A DNA stretch of 33,025 nucleotides from Bradymonadales bacterium. Lineage in GTDB: Bacteria > Bdellovibrionota > UBA2394. A model generated the notes under the pieces. That model had not been told where the DNA came from, searched no databases, and saw nothing but the letters and a program-made list of their open reading frames with translations. Position 1 is the first letter of the stretch; each line of letters opens with the position of its first letter. Of this stretch, positions 1 to 9,433 are shown piece by piece. The stretch lies in assembly GCA_007693605.1 (NCBI GenBank), contig REDG01000061.1:1-33025 (forward strand), in the 5' to 3' direction. The translations under genes were made by a program, and so were the position numbers.

Positions 1-1300
<1,300 letters not shown>

Positions 1301-1330
1301 AATCAATACTCCTTCTGCCGATATCAGTAG

Positions 1331-1345
1331 GCAAGTTCTGTGCCT
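1331..1345 (-). promoter_or_regulatory. Sigma-54 (RpoN) -24/-12 promoter
   Basis: Minus strand reads AGGCAC-AGAAC-TTGC, i.e. GG-N10-GC, matching TGGCAC-N5-TTGC. It lies about 30 bp upstream of the lipoprotein start in the correct orientation. Confidence 0.75.
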
Positions 1346-1381
1346 AGCGGGCGAACAGGAAGAGAGCCTTTTCAGCTCAGA

Positions 1382-1425
1382 ACTGTAGGGAATGGCCTTC
1401 AAATTTGTTGGTGAATCCCTACAGT
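1382..1425. repeat. Imperfect 44-bp palindrome (possible enhancer/UAS or hairpin)
   Basis: ACTGTAGGGA (1382-1391) and TCCCTACAGT (1416-1425) are perfect inverted arms; 17 of 22 positions pair across the whole palindrome. Confidence 0.6.
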
Positions 1426-1602
1426 CTAACCGAACAGAACTCTAAAACTCGTGAGTACTGAAGAGGCTGTAGGCCTTGGGTGGTTAGAAACGCCGCGCGC
1501 TTCAATTTATGAGCTGGATAGAAAACACAAACCCAAACCTGTTTTAAGGGCTTCGAAGCGCTTTGAGAACTCTCTGCATCACTTGCGGTCGAAAAAGGGA
1601 GG

Positions 1603-2457
1603 CTACTGGCCAATCTGTTCTCTAAATGCTGACACCAACGAAACTGAATCAATCGGACCCGTCAGCCGAGTTGAGAGATAGCTTCGAAGTTCGGCGGGTA
1701 GTCTCTCAGCAATTCTAGCTCGTCGCATATCAATACTATCGACGAAAAGTGTGCACATCGAAACATTCTTAAGTATATCGACATAGCCCTCAACAAAGAT
1801 GATGCCTTGAGCTAAATCATCGGGCTCAACCTTCTGCTTCTTCAAAAACTCCAAAAATGGCTCAAAGTATTGAAGCGCGAGCTTACGATATCCAATTTCG
1901 TAGCTAAGTACTTTAAAGTTTGAGGCGCCATAGCAAGAAACTCGTGATTCCTTCCATTGGACATAAAAAAAAGATAAAATCTCTTCCTCAAATTTTTTCA
2001 ACTTGGCTCTTCCAAATTTTTTGACCAGTTTAGAAATCCATTTATAGTCTTGAGGCCCAGCTGAATAGCAGGCTTTTGCTTGCTCATGAGCTTTCGCCAT
2101 CTCATTTACATAAGAACTCGCAGCCCATGTCATCTCCCTGAATTCTTCTGCAAGCGACTCCGCCCCCAGTGATGATTGGGAGCGCTCCTTTTCCCAGGCT
2201 TGCAAAATCTCTGCCGTGATCCCTAACTCAGATATCAAGAAGTCGACACTCAACTGATTGAGCAAAGTAAAATCTGTAGTTGAATCGCTGCTCTCATCCA
2301 ACAGTTTACTGAGCAGGCCAGAATGCTGTCTGGTCCATGACTCCGCTCTTTCAAGATCCTCATCACCAAGGCTGCAAGCCTCAGATGCATCGCACCAAAA
2401 GACGGTGACTCCCAACATAAGAACAACAAAAAACCTTCTGCCCCGTAGATCTCGCAC
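1603..2457 (-). CDS. Hypothetical secreted protein (284 aa)
   Basis: Long ORF with a signal-peptide-like N-terminus (RGRR + hydrophobic stretch + ASEA). Upstream TTGTGA-N17-TAGCAT promoter-like motif. No recognised family. Confidence 0.75.
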   Translation of the reverse strand: MRDLRGRRFFVVLMLGVTVFWCDASEACSLGDEDLERAESWTRQHSGLLSKLLDESSDSTTDFTLLNQLSVDFLISELGITAEILQAWEKERSQSSLGAESLAEEFREMTWAASSYVNEMAKAHEQAKACYSAGPQDYKWISKLVKKFGRAKLKKFEEEILSFFYVQWKESRVSCYGASNFKVLSYEIGYRKLALQYFEPFLEFLKKQKVEPDDLAQGIIFVEGYVDILKNVSMCTLFVDSIDMRRARIAERLPAELRSYLSTRLTGPIDSVSLVSAFREQIGQ

Positions 2458-2618
2458 CCTAAAATGCTAACAGAAGGTTTGGGAGCTCACAAATCAATTT
2501 CATCGAGTGGGGCATTGGCCTTACAAGCCAAGAGTAGCCTGCGATAACTTTGAGTTTCGCAAGAATCAGGAAGCGCTTTTCTCTGGAACTCCCACTCTCT
2601 ACTTGATAAAGTTTAAGA

Positions 2619-3662
2619 ATGCGTGGCTATATCATCGGTGGGGTTTTTCTAGTGGGACTTGTGACTGTGTTTTCTCTACGATATTCATCAGAATACCCAT
2701 TTGGGGAAGCTCCATTGAAGACAGGTCAAGAGGTAAAACCCGAAGATTTTGATGGAGTCTTTGTACCGTCGCAAGAGCTGCTGCCTAGGGATTTCGGTTT
2801 TATACCCGTTGATTTTTTTCTGCCAAGAGGATGGGCGGCGACTGAGAGTTCAGGCGCAAGATCTTTAGCTGGAGGGCCTGTCTATTTTTGGACACCGGGT
2901 GGACGAGATGACCAATTGTGCCCAAGATTTTTCGCTGGGCACTCTGGCATTATGGGTTTTGATGGTGAGACATTCTTATCGGTTGAAGAGAAGGAGATGC
3001 TCGGGGAAGAGTTTGAGGTCTCTAGGCTAGCCTGGGGCCGATACCCCTTGTTGGCCCTAGAGCCTAGGGTGATTGACGATGAAACACCCTTTTCGGTCTT
3101 TGTTGCGAGCCTAGACTCGACCTGGGTGATTGAAATTAATTTCTGCCCGGGGGATGACCCCGAGGCAGTTGAGAAGATTTGGCGACCATTTTTGAAGCAT
3201 ACCAGAGAGATGGATGGACCCAGTCGCCGCGCGTGGTTCGGATTGAATATGCATAGGGGAGCAACACATTACGAACGAAATGGGGCAGAATTGATATTGG
3301 AGGGGGTCCGTTCAAGGCGTAGTGGGTTGGTCGCATTGAGAATCGAGGCCCTTAACTCTGGGACAACAATTTACACCGAAGCGTGGCGTATCGGTGCTGA
3401 ACTCGCTGAGCCAGATGTCTTTGAAGAGGCGCTTCAACCTGTTCTTCTATTGAGCCTCAATATAGACTCGCAACACGAGGGAATGACCCCATCGATTAGG
3501 ACTAGATTGCCGGTGAGTTTAGAGACCACCCGTAGCCGCTGCCCGATTCCAAAAAGCTGGCAGTCCAAAAAAGGCGAGGTTTTGCTCTTTTCACCCGAGC
3601 CAAGCGATCAGAATTCAAGCCAGAGTAGATTTTTTGCGAAACATCCTGATGACTGCCCCTGA
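2619..3662 (+). CDS. Hypothetical exported or membrane-anchored protein (347 aa)
   Basis: Long ORF with an N-terminal hydrophobic helix (YIIGGVFLVGLVTVFSL). No recognised family. Confidence 0.75.
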   Translation: MRGYIIGGVFLVGLVTVFSLRYSSEYPFGEAPLKTGQEVKPEDFDGVFVPSQELLPRDFGFIPVDFFLPRGWAATESSGARSLAGGPVYFWTPGGRDDQLCPRFFAGHSGIMGFDGETFLSVEEKEMLGEEFEVSRLAWGRYPLLALEPRVIDDETPFSVFVASLDSTWVIEINFCPGDDPEAVEKIWRPFLKHTREMDGPSRRAWFGLNMHRGATHYERNGAELILEGVRSRRSGLVALRIEALNSGTTIYTEAWRIGAELAEPDVFEEALQPVLLLSLNIDSQHEGMTPSIRTRLPVSLETTRSRCPIPKSWQSKKGEVLLFSPEPSDQNSSQSRFFAKHPDDCP

Positions 3663-3781
3663 CTCTGAGTTCAGCTTTGCCAAGAGACCGCGATCGCTCT
3701 CATAGTCGTCACTCACCCCCGTTAAACCTCTTAAACTTTTTGCCAGTTTACTTGAACAGAAAAGGCTCCTAGAATGAGGCG

Positions 3782-4135
3782 GTGGGCAAGAAGAATCAAG
3801 ACGAAGATGGTGTTATCAGCGAATCCAAAGCCAATGAAATCGCTCAATCTTTAAAGAGAAAAAGTCAAGAAAGTGCTCGCATTCAAGAAAGGCCTCAAAA
3901 ACCCAAAAGCATTGAGGAGCTGTCGATTTATTCTGTCATCACGCTTCCCCAAAGGAAGTTAAGGGAGATGTTTCATGTTCGATCCGATCGGCTTTCGAGT
4001 CGCAGTCCATTTCCGTCAAGAAAAGAAAGGGTCGGTCAACAAGAAAGCAGCGGTTGGGGAGCGGGCTTCTTTTCTGGCCTCATCCTCGCAGCCCTTGTGG
4101 GCCTTTGTTACCTTCTTTTCTTCGCCAATAGTTAG
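3782..4135 (+). CDS. Hypothetical tail-anchored membrane protein (117 aa)
   Basis: Charged N-terminus and a single C-terminal TM helix (FFSGLILAALVGLCYLLFF). Its stop overlaps the convergent kinase stop. Confidence 0.65.
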   Translation: MGKKNQDEDGVISESKANEIAQSLKRKSQESARIQERPQKPKSIEELSIYSVITLPQRKLREMFHVRSDRLSSRSPFPSRKERVGQQESSGWGAGFFSGLILAALVGLCYLLFFANS

Positions 4136-5937
4136 TCCTGATGTGACAGTTGAAGACTAAAGAACTCTACCAAATCCTTGAACGAGTTGAGGCCGTTCAA
4201 AGAAAACTGTGTGGTGAGTTGATCTTCCAGATATTGAATACTTAAAGGCTCCCCTCCAAACTCACACGTCAAGGTTTTTAGATTCCTAAAATTGCCTTGA
4301 AAGCCATCGCGCCGACAAAACAGATCAATGGCCGCTAAGATCATCCCGCAAGTTCCCAGGCTATCGAAATACCGAAGATGGTTGTTGTCTAAAGAAGCCC
4401 AGCTCACCTCGATCTGATAACTCGTTTGACAGTGTCGGTTCGTTGCCTGCAGCCGAGAGGCTAATTGAGAATCTAGCCTGTTAATCTCCCGCGACCGTCT
4501 AATGGAGCTCGAAAACTCTGGCTTCCAACCCAAGGCGGCCCGAATGGCAGGGGTCGGGTCCGTTTGTTCTCTGTAGGTCAGGTTGTAGTAGGTACTAGAA
4601 TACGGCAGTCGCAAGCGAACCTGACTTAGGGCTCGACCCGATCCCCTTTCTGAGGTTACCGCAGTATAGGATCCCCCCTTCCAAGCCATAAAAAGTGTGG
4701 TCACATGGCCATACCCGAACCGGGTCAACAGCGGACGACCGTCAAACGCGCTTCCCGTAGCGTGGGGCAGAACAAGGTACTCATTTGAGGCCGGCGGCTC
4801 TAGTTGAATGAGAGTCAGTTGAACCCCACCCTCATTTTCAAAAACCCTCGCCTCTCCGGCCGCCAACAACGAAGACTGAGGATCTGGGTACGAACCCTCA
4901 AAAGGCCAAATCCCTTGAATCAAAAGAAACAGAAAGACCCCACCCAAAGCCCCAACCCACGCTGCTCCAACCGACTTCTTCAACAGCATGGGTGAGACCC
5001 GAAACCGAGAGGCAGTAGAGGTGACACGCGTAGCATCCAAAGGGATGGGGTGAAGGGGGTCTTTCAGAAAATCCAGAAGATATCTTTGATAAGGCATCAG
5101 CTGCCTCTTTATCAAGATGCTTTCAATGTCTTCGATCATTTCCTGAGCGCCTTGATAGCGTTCATTCAGATCAATCTGAAGCGCTTTGTTCAAGACCAAT
5201 TGAAAGTCTTGAGTCATATCGACCTCTGATTGATCGATGTTTTGAAATGAACCGGTAATGATTTTGGCAACTAGGGTGTTTTGACTATCTCCCTTTTTTT
5301 TGAACGCATGCATTCGAAGGGCAAGCATAAATAGTGTCAGCCCCATGCTAAAAACATCTGTCCGCTCGTCCAACGGAAGACCTTGAATCTGTTCTGGGGA
5401 AGAGTAGCTGAGCGTGCCCACAAAATGACCATCTTGGGTGAGATGTTGATCTTCACCCATCACTTTAGCTAACCCAAAGTCTGAAAGCTTGACGCCGTAC
5501 TTTGGGCTAGCCAAACAATTGCCGGGCTTGATATCACGATGCAGAACTCCAGCTGAATGAGCCTCGCGCAGACCATAAAGGAGTTCGAGCCCAATCATTA
5601 AAACATAGTTTTCGGGAATCGCAGTACTATCTTTGACAAGCTTCGCCGCGCTGAGTCCCGGCACATACTCCATGACCACACATGGTCGACCTTCCCATTC
5701 AAAATAATCATAAACAGCGACTATATTGGGATGACGCAGCTTTGCCACAACTTTGGCTTCCAATGAAAACCTTTCATTGATATTTTCTAGGTCGCCAAGA
5801 TGCTCATGAATAATCTTAAGGGCAACATCTCGCTCCAGCACGGTGTCTTTAGCTCTATAAACTGTGGCCATCCCACCTGATTCAATTTTCTCCAGAATTT
5901 GATACTTCTGAATTTTTTTACCGACCCAGGAACTCAT
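4132..5937 (-). CDS. Membrane-anchored Hanks-type Ser/Thr protein kinase with extracytoplasmic domain
   Basis: Motifs SGGMATVY, VALK, HRDIKPGN, DFG, GTLSYSSPEQ, DVFSMG. TM helix (WVGALGGVFLFLLI) followed by a ~255-aa C-terminal domain containing 4 Cys. Confidence 0.95.
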   Translation of the reverse strand: MSSWVGKKIQKYQILEKIESGGMATVYRAKDTVLERDVALKIIHEHLGDLENINERFSLEAKVVAKLRHPNIVAVYDYFEWEGRPCVVMEYVPGLSAAKLVKDSTAIPENYVLMIGLELLYGLREAHSAGVLHRDIKPGNCLASPKYGVKLSDFGLAKVMGEDQHLTQDGHFVGTLSYSSPEQIQGLPLDERTDVFSMGLTLFMLALRMHAFKKKGDSQNTLVAKIITGSFQNIDQSEVDMTQDFQLVLNKALQIDLNERYQGAQEMIEDIESILIKRQLMPYQRYLLDFLKDPLHPIPLDATRVTSTASRFRVSPMLLKKSVGAAWVGALGGVFLFLLIQGIWPFEGSYPDPQSSLLAAGEARVFENEGGVQLTLIQLEPPASNEYLVLPHATGSAFDGRPLLTRFGYGHVTTLFMAWKGGSYTAVTSERGSGRALSQVRLRLPYSSTYYNLTYREQTDPTPAIRAALGWKPEFSSSIRRSREINRLDSQLASRLQATNRHCQTSYQIEVSWASLDNNHLRYFDSLGTCGMILAAIDLFCRRDGFQGNFRNLKTLTCEFGGEPLSIQYLEDQLTTQFSLNGLNSFKDLVEFFSLQLSHQD

Positions 5938-6213
5938 ACCTTTTTATTGTATCTCGAATGTGTGATCAGACAAGAGAACTCTTAGAGGTCGAGTCGACTC
6001 CGTGAGATCGAGACCTGCAAGCAAGTTGGCCAGATTCAGATATCGAAATCGCAGACACCATTAAGCAGCCGGTCGGATCGTTGTTCAAAATCATATAAAA
6101 TACTCTTAGTTTAAAGGGAGCAAAACAAAGTGAAGATTCTTGGGGTGCTAAGGAAGCACACATCGAACGCCAAGCTCTGAGACGCAAGAGTGAGGCCACC
6201 AGAAGGAGTGGCT

Positions 6214-6615
6214 ATGTCTTTGAATATACACAGCCAGATCTGCGACATCTTCAATCTCTTGAACGATTTAGAAGAACCCGTCGTCCAGTCACAGGGCGCT
6301 GACTCTCTAGACCCCTTGACTCGCGATCAGCCCGTCGAGTTTAGTAAAATACCTGTTGGCATCCATTGGCTCCATTTTTGCCAATCCCGATGCTGCCGAC
6401 GAGAGGTGGCAAGATTCATATTCTCGGCCAATCGGGAAGTTATGATTGAAACCATGGGTGTCGGTTCTGGTCACGCGATATCTTATCTTGGTAATCTGCT
6501 TGGGTATGACAAGCAATGGAGAAATCGAGTCTACCGTGAAGCCTGCGGCAGCACTGATATACCCGCCCCTTCGATGGAGTGGAAACAGCAGCTCACTGGG
6601 AGTGGGATAAGATGA
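6214..6615 (+). CDS. Hypothetical protein (133 aa)
   Basis: ATG at 6214 preceded by SD AAGGAG. The stop overlaps the next start (ATGA), suggesting translational coupling. Confidence 0.65.
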   Translation: MSLNIHSQICDIFNLLNDLEEPVVQSQGADSLDPLTRDQPVEFSKIPVGIHWLHFCQSRCCRREVARFIFSANREVMIETMGVGSGHAISYLGNLLGYDKQWRNRVYREACGSTDIPAPSMEWKQQLTGSGIR

Positions 6616-6986
6616 AAAGAGTTCCGCTGAACTTAACAAACTCGACGAGAGAATGGGCAGCACAGGCTCTACAATTCATGAGACAACACTGGCTTTTACT
6701 CCTCCTGATGTCGTTCCCCATCCTCTTGCCGATCTTCTGTATGGTCCTGCTTAGTCAAGGGGTTCAATTTGTAAGTTGGTTTGCACCCAGCCTAGAGAGG
6801 CTAGATCTTGGTGACCTTGCTGAATCTCCAGAAATCGTTTGGGAGGTCATGATTATTTTTGTCTTGCTATTGTTCAATGAGGTCTATTTTCCAACTCTTT
6901 TACTCTCCCTGCTTGTTTCAGCAGTCATTCGACGCTTTAACTACTTAAGCGTCTTCATCCCTTTATCCGCGGGGGCTTGTACCTAG
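6612..6986 (+). CDS. Hypothetical membrane protein (124 aa)
   Basis: ATGA overlap with the upstream gene; 2-3 hydrophobic helices. Confidence 0.6.
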   Translation: MKRVPLNLTNSTREWAAQALQFMRQHWLLLLLMSFPILLPIFCMVLLSQGVQFVSWFAPSLERLDLGDLAESPEIVWEVMIIFVLLLFNEVYFPTLLLSLLVSAVIRRFNYLSVFIPLSAGACT

Positions 6987-7229
6987 TTTTTTGGAGATTT
7001 CTTGTGGAAAAGCTTTGGGGTTGACCTACTGGAAAGTGATGCAGTCAATTCTCTCCTCTTTTGGTTTCCGTATGGTCTAGAAATCTTGTAAAACCCTCTG
7101 CCAAGACTAGAATGATTCCAAGCTGGGCACTTCTGTCTCTCTGTAGAAGCTCATTGGGAATCGCGGGAAGCTTAACGAAGACCTCACATTCGAGTTTACA
7201 AGACTCTCCACATGAAATAGTCAGAGATC

Positions 7230-7871
7230 GTGCTTCGACATTCTCTTTTTATTGCTCTTGCCCTCTCCACCAGCCTGCTTCTGAGCAACCAAAGTGCTGC
7301 TGACACCAAGGATCTCAAGCCAAGAAGTTGTGCCGCTGAAGTTACAGGACTGGCTCGATTTGAGGAGGGAAGACCTGGCATATTTAAGAGACTTTTAGCT
7401 GCCTTTTCGGGCAGCTCGCTCAAGGCTGGAAAGTATTTTTTGTTGAGAATTGAGCCCAATGAAGCTCATATGAAATTCACACAAAGTGACGGGGTCTCTT
7501 CAGAGGAGTCCGCTTTAAAGATTTTTCATCGAATGGATGTTTTTTTGGGGATAGTAGATGAGGCCGGTCAGGATCTCTTAATCTATCTGTTCTTTGAGTC
7601 TAAGGGCAATCTTCGTTTTCCAATTGGGGTTTTTCGTTTTCAGCGCGACGGTGATCAGTTTGTAGATTGGCAATGGACACTTAATGTAGAAGAGGCGCGC
7701 ATCGAATCTGATGGGAAAATTATCTCTTCGAAATACCAAGAACAACGGAATCTTTTTTGGAGCAGTCTTGTTCGAGAGGCTTACGCCTGGCTCAAGAAAA
7801 GATCACCCGAACTGTTCTCGGCGCTGTCAGAATCTGCTAATCAAGAGAAACTCCCTTGCTGGTTTCATTAA
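7230..7871 (+). CDS. Hypothetical secreted protein (213 aa)
   Basis: Signal peptide (MLRHSLFIALALSTSLLLSNQSAA). No recognised family. Confidence 0.75.
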   Translation: MLRHSLFIALALSTSLLLSNQSAADTKDLKPRSCAAEVTGLARFEEGRPGIFKRLLAAFSGSSLKAGKYFLLRIEPNEAHMKFTQSDGVSSEESALKIFHRMDVFLGIVDEAGQDLLIYLFFESKGNLRFPIGVFRFQRDGDQFVDWQWTLNVEEARIESDGKIISSKYQEQRNLFWSSLVREAYAWLKKRSPELFSALSESANQEKLPCWFH

Positions 7872-8599
7872 ACGGCCTTCCGCCCTGAATAGTCCCGTTT
7901 GACGATGAGATAATCTTTCTTTACGCGTGCAGCGGCCGCTATTGAGCAATGCGCAAGCTTTGCCAGACGGTAGCCAGACAGTTTTGGATTCCTTCGAAGA
8001 AGAGCCCAAAGGTCCGCCCGATAGCTCGCCCCCATCATGACTCGGTAGCGAAACGGCATATGATGCCTTGCAATCCAATCCGCTTCGAAAACTTGTTCTG
8101 GTCGATGAAAAAAGGCATTCTTGGGCACACGAATACAGGTAGCTTCGAATCTCTCATCCAAGCCCTTCATTTGAATGAATATCTCCGTAACAGGCCGTTC
8201 GGTGTTTGGCGTATCTCGATCTGAAAAATCAAGGCGCTGTCCCCGGTAAAGATGGGCGAGTCTTCTGAATCGAGCATCAGCTGGATAGAATCTTTGAGCA
8301 TTCGCACACCAGAAAATTTTGACCCACCAAAAGCCCTCGTCTGAAAGCCCGAAAACAAGATTTGTGAGCCGGTCCACATTGATTCGAAGGAAATGAGCAC
8401 TGATCCAGTCGACAAGAATTCCCGCGATGCGATGATCTCCGTGGTTGACAGCCTCAATCGACGACAGAACGAGTGTCTCTTCGATATTGGGGTCTGTCAC
8501 TTGGGCAGTTGCCGTAAGATTCACTCCGATGGCGTAAAGATCATTGGCAAGATCTTGCTCATCCTTTCGGGGGAGAAGATCAGGATATCTAGGCCTCAT
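7868..8599 (-). CDS. Uncharacterised protein with predicted C-terminal helix-turn-helix; partner of the upstream nucleotidyltransferase
   Basis: 243 aa, start overlaps the upstream stop by 11 bp. C-terminal LWALLRRNPKLSGYRLAKLAHCSIAAAARVKKD has a three-helix/HTH pattern. Confidence 0.8.
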   Translation of the reverse strand: MRPRYPDLLPRKDEQDLANDLYAIGVNLTATAQVTDPNIEETLVLSSIEAVNHGDHRIAGILVDWISAHFLRINVDRLTNLVFGLSDEGFWWVKIFWCANAQRFYPADARFRRLAHLYRGQRLDFSDRDTPNTERPVTEIFIQMKGLDERFEATCIRVPKNAFFHRPEQVFEADWIARHHMPFRYRVMMGASYRADLWALLRRNPKLSGYRLAKLAHCSIAAAARVKKDYLIVKRDYSGRKAV

Positions 8600-9152
8600 C
8601 GCTCAATCTCCTTAGAGCTTCTTTAAGTTTTCTATCTACAATTTCGGACCAAAATGGAATTGTCTTTGCCTGCCCTTCAACCCATTTCGCCGCTTGCTTC
8701 AATTCTCTTTCAGTGGGCTTCAGTCGGACAAGTGTGAGCAAATCCCTTCTTCGGTCTTCACAAAATCCCCAGAGCTTCTCTTTAATAAGCTCCTCTCTGC
8801 CAAACGCGCGAAGGCTGAGCGCCTTTCCCTTAAAAACAATCTGAGTCCGATTTTTCCAACCCCTTGGGTAGTGCTTTAGAAAAACTGCGGCTCCATCAGA
8901 AAACCAGTTGGGACGAAGATTCCAACCATCTTCTATCTTCCTTTTCCGAAAGATTTCTGAAAGCTCCTTAAGCCTCGGGGGAATGCCCGGCTCCAAAATA
9001 TCAAGATCTACGGTGGCAACTTTTTCAATGCCCAAAAGATGAAGAGCTCCGGAGCCAATCAGCGTTGCTTTGAACTTAAGCTTATGCTGGACTAAAAACT
9101 CATCAAATTCCTGAAGGACATCCTTTGGGTTAAAGCGAAACTCGCTCTTCAT
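8589..9152 (-). CDS. Pol-beta-superfamily nucleotidyltransferase (DUF6036/AbiEii-like)
   Basis: LIGSGAL..TVDLDIL (hG[GS]...DxD catalytic signature), then WF, PRGW, EKL and RRRD resembling AbiEii/DUF1814-type motifs III-IV. Confidence 0.8.
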   Translation of the reverse strand: MKSEFRFNPKDVLQEFDEFLVQHKLKFKATLIGSGALHLLGIEKVATVDLDILEPGIPPRLKELSEIFRKRKIEDGWNLRPNWFSDGAAVFLKHYPRGWKNRTQIVFKGKALSLRAFGREELIKEKLWGFCEDRRRDLLTLVRLKPTERELKQAAKWVEGQAKTIPFWSEIVDRKLKEALRRLSDEA

Positions 9153-9154
9153 AT

Positions 9155-9173
9155 ATTATACATTATGTGTAAT
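9155..9173. promoter_or_regulatory. 19-bp palindromic operator candidate overlapping the -10 box
   Basis: ATTATACAT-T-ATGTGTAAT: 9-bp arms with one mismatch. Confidence 0.6.
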
Positions 9174-9188
9174 CTAAATAACTGTCAA
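9160..9188 (-). promoter_or_regulatory. Sigma-70 promoter of the NTase operon, apparently leaderless
   Basis: Minus strand TTGACA (9188-9183), 17-nt spacer, TAATGT (9165-9160), 7 nt, then ATG (9152). No SD sequence. Confidence 0.7.
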
Positions 9189-9433
9189 CCATGGCTAGAA
9201 CCCATTATTAAGCTGTTTGTAGCTGAGTATGTCGCCCATACTTGTATGATAATGCTGTTTCAGTCTGGAGAGGTTCTTTGGCTAGGGGCATATGGACCAA
9301 ACTGAAATCTATGCTTTCTTCTTGGGCGCTTTGTTTAGCCTCTTCCATTTTCCAGACTTGTCTCCCTCCCAAAAGATTCCGGTTCAGTTGAGGCCGAACT
9401 TTTGTTAGCCTAGACTTGGGATCGGGGGTGCGA

